NCBI GenBank assembly: GCA_963761335.1
Contig: CAVXGR010000024.1
Location: 128,001 to 192,000 of the forward strand
Origin: an uncultured delta proteobacterium
GTDB taxonomy: Bacteria > Desulfobacterota > Binatia > HRBIN30 > BPIQ01
Length of the DNA: 64,000 nucleotides
Direction of reading: 5' to 3'
A program made the translations under genes and the position numbers. Each line of letters opens with the position of its first letter. Positions within the stretch are counted from its first letter, which is position 1. Positions 9,534 to 19,579 of this stretch are shown here, piece by piece. Below the pieces are notes generated by a model. It had not been told where the DNA came from and did no database searches. It saw only the letters and a program-made list of their open reading frames with translations.

Positions 9534-12500
9534 CTACTGCGCGATCAGCTCCAGCGTGGTGACCGCATCGCCGATGGTCTGCGCATCGAGCGCGACGAAT
9601 ACACCGCCGAGCTTGGCGCCGCTGAGTCCGTTGTGGCGGAGACTCGCGCAGAAGAACGACGCCCCGTTGACGGAAACGGAGATTTCCTGTCCGGAGAAGT
9701 TGTTGGCGTCCTCAATTGTCCCCGTGGACATTCCCGTGGTCAGGAACACGTCCACCGGCGACGGCGGTGAGGACGGGGTGTCGTCGGCGGTGCACGCCTG
9801 GCCGTCCGGACCGTACTCCGATTCGCTGGAGAGCTCGGTGATGCTCACCTGCTGGGTGAAGGTCATGGCACCGGCCGCATAGATGCCACTCAAGGTGTCC
9901 TGGACCGGCCCATTGCAGACCCCGCTGTGCTTGGGATTGGTGTCGGCGGTCCCGTTCGCGCAGCCGGGGTCGATGTCGTTGGTATTGTGATCCTGGGTCA
10001 CCGTCAGGTTGGCGTCACTGGTGCCGCCATCGCAGTCGATGACGCCCGTGCCGTCGGACTCCGCCCGGATGCAAACCGCAGAGACGCCCGGCAGCCCCGG
10101 ATATACCGGGTCGAAATGGACGCTGTCTCTGGGAACGGCGACTGGCGCCGTCCCGCCCGCGTCCTCGACGCCGATATCCAGCCCGAGCTGCCCGGTGAGA
10201 TTGAAGCTGATGTCCAGAACTCCCTTGAGTCGGGCACGGCTTCCGGAGGCGAGCGTGAAGATATGTGAGCCAATGGGTGGCACGCCCGTGGGGGTGACCG
10301 TGGGCGTTCGCGTGATCGTCGGGGTTGGGGTGATCGTTCGCGTCGGCGTCACCGTGGGTGTCGGTGTCGGCGGCGGCGGGCTGAAGCCCATGTAGATGGC
10401 AGTGCAGCTGACGTTGTATCCGGATCCGTAGCCGAAAATCTGCAGCCCCTCGAAGGGTGGCAGCGGAATCGCCGCGAACAGGTCTCCGAGAGACGAGGCG
10501 GCGAGCGGAAACAGCTCGACGAGCTTGGTCTCGAGCGCCGACTCGTTCGCCGAGATCGGATTGTCGACCACGCGGAAGTTGGTGATCTTGAGCGTGCCGA
10601 TCTTGGGAGCGATCGTCTCGCCGAGCGCGCCGAGCGTCAACGGCAGCTCGAAGACGACCGTGGCGGAGACCAGCGGCACCGGCGTTCCCGAGTCGTCGGC
10701 GACCACATCAATGCGGTAGTTGGGGATGACGATCACGATGTCGCCCTCGCCGGGCTGGGGCGGGCGAGCCACGCCGGCGACCGTAGGCTTGAGCAGCAGG
10801 CTCACCGCGCAGCCCGGACATGTGGCTTCGTAAACGGGGTCGCCGAAGAGCAGGGTGAGCAGCGACGTGGTGAGCGGGATGGTGCCGCCGCCTCCGGCCG
10901 GATCGGGAATCTCGGAGATGTTCTGGTTCAGCAGGCCCTGCTGCATGAAGGCCGCAAACGTCCGGTTGATGAATCCGTCCGAGAGACAGAAGCTCAGGTC
11001 GTAGGGGGTCGATGTGCTCGGGATCATCGGGCCGAGAACCGGCGGTGCCGGAATGTTCGGTGCCAAGGTCTCCGTGATCGGGGGCGCATCCGGGACCGGG
11101 CTCTGCGCGGTGACGTTCGAGTCGATGTCGAAGGTCACGCCATCCGAGTCCTCGACCACGTCCGCGTATGCCGCGTCGATCTCGACGCCGAGCGACGCGC
11201 CGAGCGGCCCGCTGATGTCGATTCCCGCCAGCGTCTGGTTCAGGCCGTCGGGCAGCTCCGACTCGATCTGGCTCGAGAACTCCGACTCGAGGCTGCCCTC
11301 CACGTCGATGAAGAAGCCGCCCAGAGCGCAGAGGCCACCGGCGCCGGATAGGGTGGCGTTGCCGTTGGTGAAGGTGACGTTGATGCTGTTGGTGATCGCC
11401 TCGAAGCCGTTGCCGTCGGGCGGGATCGGCTGCAGGTCGGCGGAATAGAAGATGTTGACGTTGTCGGCGTCGTAATCGACGTCGCAGCTGAAGCCGGCGC
11501 CCGAGTCGGCGTTCTGGACATAGAGGTGGAAGGTCGGGATGTCGATGCTCAAAGTGACGGCGTGCGATCCGGCGGCCCGGAGAGTGGCGAGGAATCCGCC
11601 GGTCGAGAACTCGGTGATGGTGCCGCCGTTCACCTGCATGCCGATGAAGTGGTCTGGGCTGAAGGCGTCTTCCAGGGCGCTCAGGATGAGGTCCTGGACG
11701 GCGGCAAACCCCGAGTTGTTGAGACGATTGAAGTTTGCGTTCGGCAGCCGGGTGGTCAGCGGCAGAGCCGCGCCCTTGAGCACGACGACGGAGTCCTTGT
11801 TGGTCGTGCCCAGGCCGAACGACTGGACCGAAGCCTCGACGATGTTGACGCCGTCGGCGCCCAACGGCACCGACGTCGAGAAGCTTCCCGTGCTGTTGTC
11901 GAAAGCCGTCAGAGTGCCGCCGACCAGGAGAACATCCGCCTTGGTCAAGTCACCGATGACCTCTCCCGAAACGGTGGTGGAGGAGGAGTCGGTGATCGTC
12001 CCAGTCGGCGGCGAGGTGATGAGGACATCCGGCGCCAGGCTTCCGAGATTGAACTTGACGTTGGTGGTCCCGGTGAAGACGCCGCGGTAGGTGCGGGCGC
12101 GCACGGTGATCGGGAAGCTGGTCTGCTGCGGATTGGGTACCGAGATGTCGGTCTTGAAGAGGCCGCTGGACTGGTTGTAGGCGGCCGGCTCTCCGCCGTT
12201 CACCATCATGTCGATGACGTAGCCGGCGTGTGGGAGATTGGCCATGGTCGCGGCGACGCTGACGATGGCGGGGAGCGCCGGGGGAGAGATGATCTGGTTG
12301 GCGGTGGGCTCGATCAGGCTCACGAAGGGATTGGCGCCCGGGTGCACGGAATCGACGACGCGCTGTGCGCCGTCGCGAACCGTGGCCATGTGCGTCGACA
12401 GATCGCCGCCGGTGAGAGCTGCGAGGGCCGCTGGGGTGCAGCCGCGGCTGATGTGGTTCTCGGCTCGCGAGAAGGCCTGATCCACCTTGTCGAGGTCTTG

Positions 12501-13025
12501 GGAGCCGCAGGAGTCGCCGCAGCGTCCCAGGGTGCGTATCAGCTTCTTGGCGGCGTGCGCCGTCTGGGCGGTGATGATTCTGGCGCACTTCTCATCACTC
12601 GGGGTCATGACGGTGGAGTTGCGCCCGTAGACGGAATCGATGACTTCCCGACCCTCGCCGGCGGCTGCCCCCGAGACGCCGACCGCCAGCTTGGAGGCGC
12701 TCCCATAGCCGAGCGCAGCCGCGGAATCGCCGCACGCCGCGATCAGGCTGATTTGGGCCTTGGCTAGCTTGGTCTGGATGCGGGCGTCCCGAAGAGGTTG
12801 CGGGCACTCCCTTCCCTTGGCGATGAGGTCGGAGCATTTGCGGATCTCGCGGGCCGTAGCAGAGTACATCGAGGCTGCCTTGGCCGCGATTCGCATGCGG
12901 CACCTGTCCGCCGACGTAGCGGCGTCCGCTGTGCTGCTCAGAGCGAGGCCAAGCCCGAGCAGCAAAAGAGCCGCCGTCAGTCGCTCCGGCGCGCTTCCAT
13001 TCCGTCCACTCCAGCACCTTCCCAC
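9534..13025 (-). CDS. Large secreted multidomain protein (Cys-rich helical N-domain, Ig-like domains, probable BPI/LBP-like region, Pro-Thr linker, Cys-containing C-domain)
   Basis: 1163-aa ORF with signal peptide, AAGGAGG RBS, PPPTPTPTVTPT linker; domain calls are by-eye inference. Confidence 0.85.
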   Translation of the reverse strand: MGRCWSGRNGSAPERLTAALLLLGLGLALSSTADAATSADRCRMRIAAKAASMYSATAREIRKCSDLIAKGRECPQPLRDARIQTKLAKAQISLIAACGDSAAALGYGSASKLAVGVSGAAAGEGREVIDSVYGRNSTVMTPSDEKCARIITAQTAHAAKKLIRTLGRCGDSCGSQDLDKVDQAFSRAENHISRGCTPAALAALTGGDLSTHMATVRDGAQRVVDSVHPGANPFVSLIEPTANQIISPPALPAIVSVAATMANLPHAGYVIDMMVNGGEPAAYNQSSGLFKTDISVPNPQQTSFPITVRARTYRGVFTGTTNVKFNLGSLAPDVLITSPPTGTITDSSSTTVSGEVIGDLTKADVLLVGGTLTAFDNSTGSFSTSVPLGADGVNIVEASVQSFGLGTTNKDSVVVLKGAALPLTTRLPNANFNRLNNSGFAAVQDLILSALEDAFSPDHFIGMQVNGGTITEFSTGGFLATLRAAGSHAVTLSIDIPTFHLYVQNADSGAGFSCDVDYDADNVNIFYSADLQPIPPDGNGFEAITNSINVTFTNGNATLSGAGGLCALGGFFIDVEGSLESEFSSQIESELPDGLNQTLAGIDISGPLGASLGVEIDAAYADVVEDSDGVTFDIDSNVTAQSPVPDAPPITETLAPNIPAPPVLGPMIPSTSTPYDLSFCLSDGFINRTFAAFMQQGLLNQNISEIPDPAGGGGTIPLTTSLLTLLFGDPVYEATCPGCAVSLLLKPTVAGVARPPQPGEGDIVIVIPNYRIDVVADDSGTPVPLVSATVVFELPLTLGALGETIAPKIGTLKITNFRVVDNPISANESALETKLVELFPLAASSLGDLFAAIPLPPFEGLQIFGYGSGYNVSCTAIYMGFSPPPPTPTPTVTPTRTITPTPTITRTPTVTPTGVPPIGSHIFTLASGSRARLKGVLDISFNLTGQLGLDIGVEDAGGTAPVAVPRDSVHFDPVYPGLPGVSAVCIRAESDGTGVIDCDGGTSDANLTVTQDHNTNDIDPGCANGTADTNPKHSGVCNGPVQDTLSGIYAAGAMTFTQQVSITELSSESEYGPDGQACTADDTPSSPPSPVDVFLTTGMSTGTIEDANNFSGQEISVSVNGASFFCASLRHNGLSGAKLGGVFVALDAQTIGDAVTTLELIAQ

Positions 13026-13176
13026 TCGAGCACCTCCTTGCCAGCTGCGGGCTGCCGTTTCCCCTGGGTCAATTGTGCTGCAAGTGGCGCCTGCTTGTTA
13101 AGTTGCGATTGTCCTTAGCGGACCTGCAGGTGTCTTTAGGTGAAAGAACAGCAGAAGGGGGGCCGGCTCTCAGTGG

Positions 13177-13215
13177 AATGGAGAACGACGCGACCGAGAC
13201 TGAGAACCGGGAATG
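13177..13215. repeat. Solo degenerate arm of the MITE-like element, copy B
   Basis: AATGGAGAACGACG...TGAGAACCGGGAATG resembles the right arms of copies A, C and D. Confidence 0.55.
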
Positions 13216-13256
13216 TGAACGCAGGGCCGGCAGGCGGGGAGTGACCGGGCAGCGAC

Positions 13257-15068
13257 TCAGCCGAGCTGTCGGGCCAGATCGATGGCCTCGTCGAGGAAGC
13301 CGCGCAGCAGCCGCAGACCGCGCCTCCAGAAGTCCGGCGCCTCGATGTCGATGCCGGTGCGGCGCAGAAGGGCGCTCGGGCTGTCGGAGCCGCCGGCGGA
13401 GAGAAGCTCGAGGTACCGGGACACGAAGCTCGTCCCCTCGCGGCGGTAGGCGTCGTACAATGCCAGGACGAGCAGCTCACCGAAGCCGTAGGCGTAACAA
13501 TAGAAAGGCGAGTGCACGAAGTGCGAGATGTAGCTCCACCAGCGCCGGTAGTCGGCTGTCAGCCGCACCCCCTCGCCATACATCCGATGATTGGCTTCCA
13601 TCCACAGCTCGCCGATGCGCTCGGCGGACAGCTCGCCCTCGGCGCGCCGGGCGCCGTGCAGGGACTGCTCGAAGCGGGTCAGGGCGATCTGCCGGAAGAC
13701 GGTCGCGAAGCTCTCCTCGAGCTTCTGGCAGAGAAGGGCGAGTCGACGGCGCGGGTCCGACTGCTGGCGGCGCAGGCGGTCGAAGACCAGCATCTCGCCG
13801 AACACACTCGCCGTCTCCGCGGTGGTCAGCGGTGTGTCCGCCTGCAGGTATCCCTGCGGCCGGGACAGGTACTGGTGCACACCGTGGCCGAGCTCGTGCG
13901 CCACGGTCATGACGTCGCGGGCGCGGCCGGTGTAATTGACGAGCACGTACGGGTGCGCCGACGGCACCGTGCTGGCACTGAAGGCGCCGCCGCGCTTGCC
14001 GTCGCGCAGCTCGGCGTCGATCCACGAGCGCTCGAAAAACTCGGAGGCGATCTCCGCCATGCGCGGCGAGAAGTCGGCATAGGCGGCGAGCACGGTCTCG
14101 CGGCACCCCTCCCAGGGGATCTCCGGCGGCTCGTCGGAGAGCGGCGCGTAGCGGTCGTAGTCGTCGATCCGTTCGAGGCCGAGGAGGCGGGCCTTGAGAA
14201 GATAGTACTCGGACACCATGCCGACCTCTTCCTCGCAGGCGTCCATCAGGCGCTCCACGGCGGCGGCGTCGATCTCGTTGGCCAGGTGGCGTGACTGCAT
14301 GGGCTCCGCATACGAGCGCAAGCGGTCGTCGACCGCATGGTCCTGGACGAGGGTGTTGAAGATCGCGGTGATCACCAGCTCGTTCTCTTTGAGCCCCGCG
14401 GTGAGCGAGGCGGCCGCGGCACAGCGCACCGAGCGGCGGCCATCGCTCAGTAGGGCCAGCACTCCGCTCTCGTTGAGGGTCTGCCGCTCGCCGTCCACCT
14501 CGACCTCGAAGCGCAGTGAGGCGAGCAGATCGTCGAACAAGCGACTGAAGGCGCGCTCGCCGGTGTTGGCCTTCTCCTCGAGAAGGAGCTCTTCCGGCTC
14601 GGAGAGGACGTGGGGGCGGTAGCGACGCGACGCCTCGAGAAAATGTCGGTAGAGAGCGCAGGCCGGCGCCTCGATCACCTGCCGCGCCTGCTCGTCGGGG
14701 AGCGCCAGCCACTCCAGATGAAAGAAGTGCAGCGCGTTTCTGATCTCCGTGCCGCGCTCCTGGGTCCACGCCACCAGGGCGCCGTGGCGTGCCGGTCGCG
14801 CATCGGCGGCGTGCAGCAGGTGCGCGTAGATCTGCGGCTTATCGCCGGTCTCCAGGATTGCCGCCAGCTCGTCGAGGGCCCCCTTGAGCAGCTCCGCGGA
14901 AGGACCGCCGGGGACATCGACGCGACCCCGATAGCGCTCGGCGAAGACCCGAGCCCGGCGCAGGGCCTCGTCCAGATCGCGCTGCAGGGAGGGATCGTCG
15001 GCGGAGAGGTACAGGTCGTCGAGCCGCCAGCGGACGTCGGCGGCGGTCAGGGAGTCGGTGGCCACCAT
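13257..15068 (-). CDS. pepF: M3 family oligoendopeptidase F
   Basis: WRLDDLY, GKRGGAF, HELGH, AETASVFGE, FYCYAY. Confidence 0.93.
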   Translation of the reverse strand: MVATDSLTAADVRWRLDDLYLSADDPSLQRDLDEALRRARVFAERYRGRVDVPGGPSAELLKGALDELAAILETGDKPQIYAHLLHAADARPARHGALVAWTQERGTEIRNALHFFHLEWLALPDEQARQVIEAPACALYRHFLEASRRYRPHVLSEPEELLLEEKANTGERAFSRLFDDLLASLRFEVEVDGERQTLNESGVLALLSDGRRSVRCAAAASLTAGLKENELVITAIFNTLVQDHAVDDRLRSYAEPMQSRHLANEIDAAAVERLMDACEEEVGMVSEYYLLKARLLGLERIDDYDRYAPLSDEPPEIPWEGCRETVLAAYADFSPRMAEIASEFFERSWIDAELRDGKRGGAFSASTVPSAHPYVLVNYTGRARDVMTVAHELGHGVHQYLSRPQGYLQADTPLTTAETASVFGEMLVFDRLRRQQSDPRRRLALLCQKLEESFATVFRQIALTRFEQSLHGARRAEGELSAERIGELWMEANHRMYGEGVRLTADYRRWWSYISHFVHSPFYCYAYGFGELLVLALYDAYRREGTSFVSRYLELLSAGGSDSPSALLRRTGIDIEAPDFWRRGLRLLRGFLDEAIDLARQLG

Positions 15069-15236
15069 GGGACGGACCTTGCCGTCCGAACGGAATGGTT
15101 TCAAGGTCCGATCTGCCTGGAGTGCGGCCGGGCCGGCCGCAAGTGCCGTTCAAAGAGAGAGGCGGCCGCCGCTCCCAGCGCTTGTGGCTCAGAGCGACCT
15201 CCGCTAATCATGGCTGCTTGATGGAGGAGCAACTGC

Positions 15237-15851
15237 ATGAGTGACGCGAAAGTCCGCCACGTCGTATGGCACGCCAGCACGGTGACCCGCGAGGAACGTG
15301 AGCGTCTCGGAGGACACCGCGGCTGCACGGTGTGGCTGACGGGGCTTTCCGGGTCCGGCAAGTCGACGGTGGCCAACGCCCTCGAGAAGACGCTGTGGGA
15401 ACGCAACGTGCGCGCCTACGTCCTCGACGGCGACAACATCCGCCACGGCCTGAACAAGGATCTCGGTTTTTCTCCCGAGGATCGCACCGAGAACATCCGC
15501 CGCATCGGCGAGGTGGCGAAGCTGTTCACCGACGCCGGTCTGGTGGCCATCACCGCCTTCATCTCTCCCTATCGCGCCGACCGCGACCAGGTGCGCGCCA
15601 TCATGGCGGACGGGGATTTCGTCGAGATCTTCGTACAGGCGCCGCTGGAGGTCTGCGAGCAGCGGGACCCGAAAGGCCTCTACAAGAAGGCGCGCGCCGG
15701 CCAGATTCCCGAGTTCACCGGGATCTCCGCGCCCTACGAGGAGCCGCTCGCGGCGGAGATCACGCTGAGCACCGATCGCGAGAATCCCGAGCAGTGCGTT
15801 GGGCGCATCCTCGATTATCTGGTCTCCAAGGGCTACCTCAGCGAGGGCTGA
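15237..15851 (+). CDS. cysC: Adenylyl-sulfate kinase
   Basis: [29 protein letters not shown]. Confidence 0.97.
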   Translation: MSDAKVRHVVWHASTVTREERERLGGHRGCTVWLTGLSGSGKSTVANALEKTLWERNVRAYVLDGDNIRHGLNKDLGFSPEDRTENIRRIGEVAKLFTDAGLVAITAFISPYRADRDQVRAIMADGDFVEIFVQAPLEVCEQRDPKGLYKKARAGQIPEFTGISAPYEEPLAAEITLSTDRENPEQCVGRILDYLVSKGYLSEG

Positions 15852-16015
15852 GCCGAGCAGCGTTTGCAAGTCGACGCTCTCGCCGCTTGCGACCGGCGGT
15901 TGCCAGCCGTCGCTCTCGCTCGAATGCGAGACCTCCCTTGCGGAACGACCAGTCAGTTCCGCCAGAGTGCGCGTCTTCTCGGGGTAAGGTGCCGACACCG
16001 GGGCTCGCCGTCCAT

Positions 16016-16032
16016 TTGGCACTCGCATTGCA
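16016..16032 (+). promoter_or_regulatory. Sigma54 -24/-12 promoter
   Basis: TTGGCACTCGCATTGCA, exact match to TGGCAC-N5-TTGCW. Confidence 0.8.
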
Positions 16033-16043
16033 ATCCCCTTTCG

Positions 16044-16360
16044 CAGGCAAATGACGGGTTGAGCAAAATGGCCCAACTCTCCCGTCAGCGAGTGGGCGGG
16101 AAGAAGGTCTTCCGGTGGGTTGTCATACCCGGCTCTCCCGCAGGGGGGCGCCCACTCGTATCCCTTCCCAGCGACCGAGATGTGGACGGCAGTCGGTCGC
16201 GGAGACCGGGGGTAAAATTGGAAAACTCAAGGTACGTCGAGGTGATTCGCCATCGTGCGGCACGTGCGACGCGCCCCTCGGCGGTCGCGACCGCAGCTCT
16301 GCCCGGTTTCAGCCCCGCGCTTCGGCAGACCGGCCGCCGCGCCAGGGCGGCGGCTCGGAA
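16044..16360 (+). ncRNA. Candidate structured RNA or long 5' leader
   Basis: Consecutive stems 16052-16087, 16089-16158 (four-way junction), 16171-16200, 16235-16283, 16333-16354 directly after the sigma54 motif. Confidence 0.45.
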
Positions 16361-16376
16361 GGGGAGCAGCATCACC

Positions 16377-16568
16377 ATGAAGTCCAGGGCGCGAGCGGAC
16401 AGAGGCCTGCGTCGCGGGCGGCGCCGGGAGCGGCTGGCGATGGCCATGTCGCCGCTGGCCGCCATAGGCGTTGATCAGCTGCGGCGTTGGTGGCTCGACG
16501 CCTTACTGGCCACCGGCTTCCTGGCGGTGGCCGGACTCTCCTTCTACATCCTCGTGCTCAGCCCGTGA
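16377..16568 (+). CDS. Small basic protein with a C-terminal transmembrane helix
   Basis: 63 aa, GGGGAG RBS, Arg-rich N-terminus, hydrophobic C-terminus. Confidence 0.5.
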   Translation: MKSRARADRGLRRGRRRERLAMAMSPLAAIGVDQLRRWWLDALLATGFLAVAGLSFYILVLSP

Positions 16569-16599
16569 GGCGGGCGAGGTGATCTGATTCGCACCGATC

Positions 16600-17613
16600 T
16601 CAACCGTTGAAGGTGCGCACGATCTCGCGCCAGCGCTGCGGGTCGCCTGTCCTGTAGGGGAGATAGAAGGCGACGCGGTCGAGGGTCCCGTCGTACTTTG
16701 TCTTCACCTTGTCGGCGATCTCGTCCCAGCGCCCGGTCACCGCGTAGACCTCGAGCATCTCGTCGGTGATCTCGGCGGCCATCCCCGCCCAATCGCCGCG
16801 CGCCGCCTTCTCGTTCAGGCGGTAGCAGGTGTCGCCCCAGCCGTGAGTCTCGAGCACGGCGCTGTAGGTCCGGGTCGACGCGTAAAAGGCGATCTGCTGG
16901 CGCACCGGCCCCTTGGCGGCCTCGATCTCGTCGGCGTTCTCGCCGGCGACCACGAAGGCCGTCGTCGACAGCGCACAGGTGTGCACATCGCGCCCCGCCT
17001 TTGCGGCGCCAGCGCGCAGGTTGGGCAGCGTGACCTGGTCGAGGTATTTGAGAGAGTGGAACGGGTGGATGTGGAAGCCGTCGCACAGCTCGCCGGCCAG
17101 CCGGCACATGTACTCGTTGACCCCGGCGATGTAGATGGGGATCTGCGGGTTTTCGATCGGACCGGGGTTGAAGAAGGGGGTCATCAGCGTGAAGTTGTAG
17201 AACTCGCCGGTGAAGCCCGGCCGCGTGCCGTGCTGCCAGCAGTCCCAGATCGCCCGGATGCATTGGATCATCTCGCGCAGCCTCGGACCCGGGCGGCCCC
17301 ATCTGGTTCCCAGCCGCCGCTCATTGTGCCCTTTGACCTGCGTGCCGAGGCCGAGGATGAAGCGTCCCCCGGAGGCCGCCTGCAGATCCCAGGCGATCTG
17401 CGCGAAGATCATCGGCGTCCGCGGGAAGGCCACCGCGATCGAGGTCCCCAGCTTCACCCGCGAGGTGTGCTCGGCCGCCAGCGCCAGGGGGAGGAAGGGA
17501 TCGTGACTGGTCTCCGCCGTCCACAGCGCCTCGAAGCCCATCTCCTCGGCGTGGCGGGCCTCCTCGGCGACGGCGCGCAGAGAGCTGGGCATGATTCCGG
17601 TATCGAGCTTCAT
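16600..17613 (-). CDS. LLM-class (probably F420-dependent) oxidoreductase
   Basis: ETSHDPFL, GTSIAVAFPR, GRFILGLGTQVKGH, IAFYAST. Confidence 0.92.
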   Translation of the reverse strand: MKLDTGIMPSSLRAVAEEARHAEEMGFEALWTAETSHDPFLPLALAAEHTSRVKLGTSIAVAFPRTPMIFAQIAWDLQAASGGRFILGLGTQVKGHNERRLGTRWGRPGPRLREMIQCIRAIWDCWQHGTRPGFTGEFYNFTLMTPFFNPGPIENPQIPIYIAGVNEYMCRLAGELCDGFHIHPFHSLKYLDQVTLPNLRAGAAKAGRDVHTCALSTTAFVVAGENADEIEAAKGPVRQQIAFYASTRTYSAVLETHGWGDTCYRLNEKAARGDWAGMAAEITDEMLEVYAVTGRWDEIADKVKTKYDGTLDRVAFYLPYRTGDPQRWREIVRTFNG

Positions 17614-17769
17614 GGATGGCCTCCTTCTGGGGCGTGCCGCGATGGCGGCGGTGAGCTTCCGCGGTCCTAGCGGGGGGGCGCCGCCAAGTCAAAGATCCCG
17701 GCGTGCGGGAGCGTCCGGCTTGCATCGACGGCGTGGGCGCGGGAGAATCGCCGTACGGAGCCGGTGCCC

Positions 17770-18480
17770 ATGCGGTGCAAACATTGCAACGTCGACAACC
17801 ATAGCGACCACAACTTCTGCAAGAACTGCGGCGAGCCCCTGGAGATCTCGGCGCAGGAAGATGCCTGCCTGGGGATCGCCGAGCGCGCCCGCGACCACTA
17901 CCAGCGGCTGGTGCAGAGCCACCCCGGCAGCGCCGTCGCTCACTACAATCTCGGCATGGCCCTCTATCACCTCGGGCGCACCGATTCGGCCATCGTCGAG
18001 TTCCAGCGCGCCGCCGCCATCGATCGCACCTACGCCAGTGCTCACTTCCAGCTGGCGATCTGCTACTACCGCCGCGGCAAGGTGGCGGAGTGCATCGACG
18101 CCTGCCGCTCGGCACTGCAGTACAACCCCTCCTCGGTGCCCGCCAAGTACCGCCTGGCGCGATCCCTCTTCCACACCGGCCGCCTCGACGAGGCCCTCGA
18201 CACGTTCCGGCAGGTGGTCGACGCCGATTCGGGCTACGTCATCGCCAGCTACCACATCGGCGTCATCCACGAACGCCTGGGACAGACCGATGAGGCCGTC
18301 GCCGCCTTCGCGCGCGTGGCGGCGGAGAACCCCAATGACGCCTCGGCGCATTACCACCTCGGGGTGAACTACAAGCATCAGGGGCTCGACGACCTGGCGA
18401 TCGGCGAGTTCATGCGCGCCCTGCAGCTCGACCCGGCCGATCGCGCCTCCGAGGGCGAGATCCGCTCACTGCAGCGCTGA
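17770..18480 (+). CDS. TPR protein with N-terminal zinc ribbon
   Basis: CKHC...FCKNCG followed by about 5 TPR repeats (AHYNLG, AHFQLA, AHYHLG). Confidence 0.9.
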   Translation: MRCKHCNVDNHSDHNFCKNCGEPLEISAQEDACLGIAERARDHYQRLVQSHPGSAVAHYNLGMALYHLGRTDSAIVEFQRAAAIDRTYASAHFQLAICYYRRGKVAECIDACRSALQYNPSSVPAKYRLARSLFHTGRLDEALDTFRQVVDADSGYVIASYHIGVIHERLGQTDEAVAAFARVAAENPNDASAHYHLGVNYKHQGLDDLAIGEFMRALQLDPADRASEGEIRSLQR

Positions 18481-18492
18481 GGGAACGCCGCT

Positions 18493-18744
18493 TCAGAGCG
18501 GCGGCGGCCGGCGGGTGTTCTGCTCGATGTCGAGCAGAACCTGCAACACCTCGACGGCAGCCATCACCGTCACCCAGGCGATGCCGGCGGCAACGAGGGC
18601 GATGATCAGGTCGATGAAGCCGGCGAAGCCGCCGGCGTCGCAGGCGCTGAGGACGCCGCTGAGAAGCAGGATGGCGGCGACGCCGGCGGCCAGTAGCTGC
18701 GCCGCTCCGGCGATGAAGCGGAGATATGGGTAGCGGTCTTCCAT
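18493..18744 (-). CDS. Small two-TM membrane protein
   Basis: RYPYLR...two hydrophobic helices...LLDIEQNTR. Confidence 0.75.
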   Translation of the reverse strand: MEDRYPYLRFIAGAAQLLAAGVAAILLLSGVLSACDAGGFAGFIDLIIALVAAGIAWVTVMAAVEVLQVLLDIEQNTRRPPPL

Positions 18745-18829
18745 CAGAGCACCTCGGCGGCCGACATCGCGGGCGACGCCGGCAGGATGGCTCCCGTGCT
18801 AGCGAATTTGCGCCGCCATCACAACGGCG

Positions 18830-19528
18830 TCAGCGTGCCCGATAGCGGAAGCTGCGGCTCCGCCGGCTCGATCCCTGCAGCTCGATGAAGAGGAGGCCGC
18901 GCACCACCATGGCGTAGTAGGCGAGCAGGGCGATCACCGCGTCCTGAGCGATCTGCAGGAATCCGGGCGATGGCGCGGCGCTGAGGCCGACGAGGATCGC
19001 CGCCATCACCAGGTTCGCCGGAAACCACTCGATCCAGTTCTCCGAGATGAAGGCGTAGCTCTCCCGCAGCAGATCGAGAACGGAGAAGTGGCCCAGATAG
19101 ATGAGCTCGGGGACGGCGTTGAAGAAGACGAAGAAGGCGAGCTGGATGCACAGCAGGATCACGACGCCCTGCTGGAGCTGGAGAATCGCCGGCGTGGCGA
19201 ACTGAAAGAACAGCCAGAAGACGAAGGTGACGCCGATGACGTCCCACAGGTGTGCCCCGAAGCTGTGGCGGAAGTCCTCGAACGAGACCCGCGAGGTGCG
19301 GATCATCGTCTCGACCAGCGCCAGGAAGGAGCTGACGCAGGCGGCCCACAGGAAGCTCAGCAGAAAGCCGCCAAAAATGCCGAGCGGGGCGGCGATCTGG
19401 ACGCCGACCAGCAGAATCGTCGAGTAGACGAAGACGGTGCCGAGCACCGGCCAGTTGGTCAGCGCCAAGCGCGCCCCGCGGGTGAAGGCCTCGGCGTAGA
19501 GCCGGACGGTGACCTTCAGCCACTCCAC
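18830..19528 (-). CDS. Integral membrane protein, about 5-6 TM
   Basis: Multiple hydrophobic helices, GGGAG RBS, directly downstream of nadB. Confidence 0.85.
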   Translation of the reverse strand: MEWLKVTVRLYAEAFTRGARLALTNWPVLGTVFVYSTILLVGVQIAAPLGIFGGFLLSFLWAACVSSFLALVETMIRTSRVSFEDFRHSFGAHLWDVIGVTFVFWLFFQFATPAILQLQQGVVILLCIQLAFFVFFNAVPELIYLGHFSVLDLLRESYAFISENWIEWFPANLVMAAILVGLSAAPSPGFLQIAQDAVIALLAYYAMVVRGLLFIELQGSSRRSRSFRYRAR

Positions 19529-19579
19529 TGCAGCGCTCCCTGCGCCCCGCCCGCAGTAGCCGTCCTGTTCTTCAACGGG

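Noticed and set aside
10280..10380. Low-complexity DNA repeat
   Set aside because: Encodes the Pro-Thr linker of the secreted protein
16089..16158. Cloverleaf read as a tRNA (GTC in the middle loop)
   Set aside because: No TTCRA T-loop, no typical D-arm, 6-nt middle loop and 10-bp closing stem; kept only as part of the candidate ncRNA
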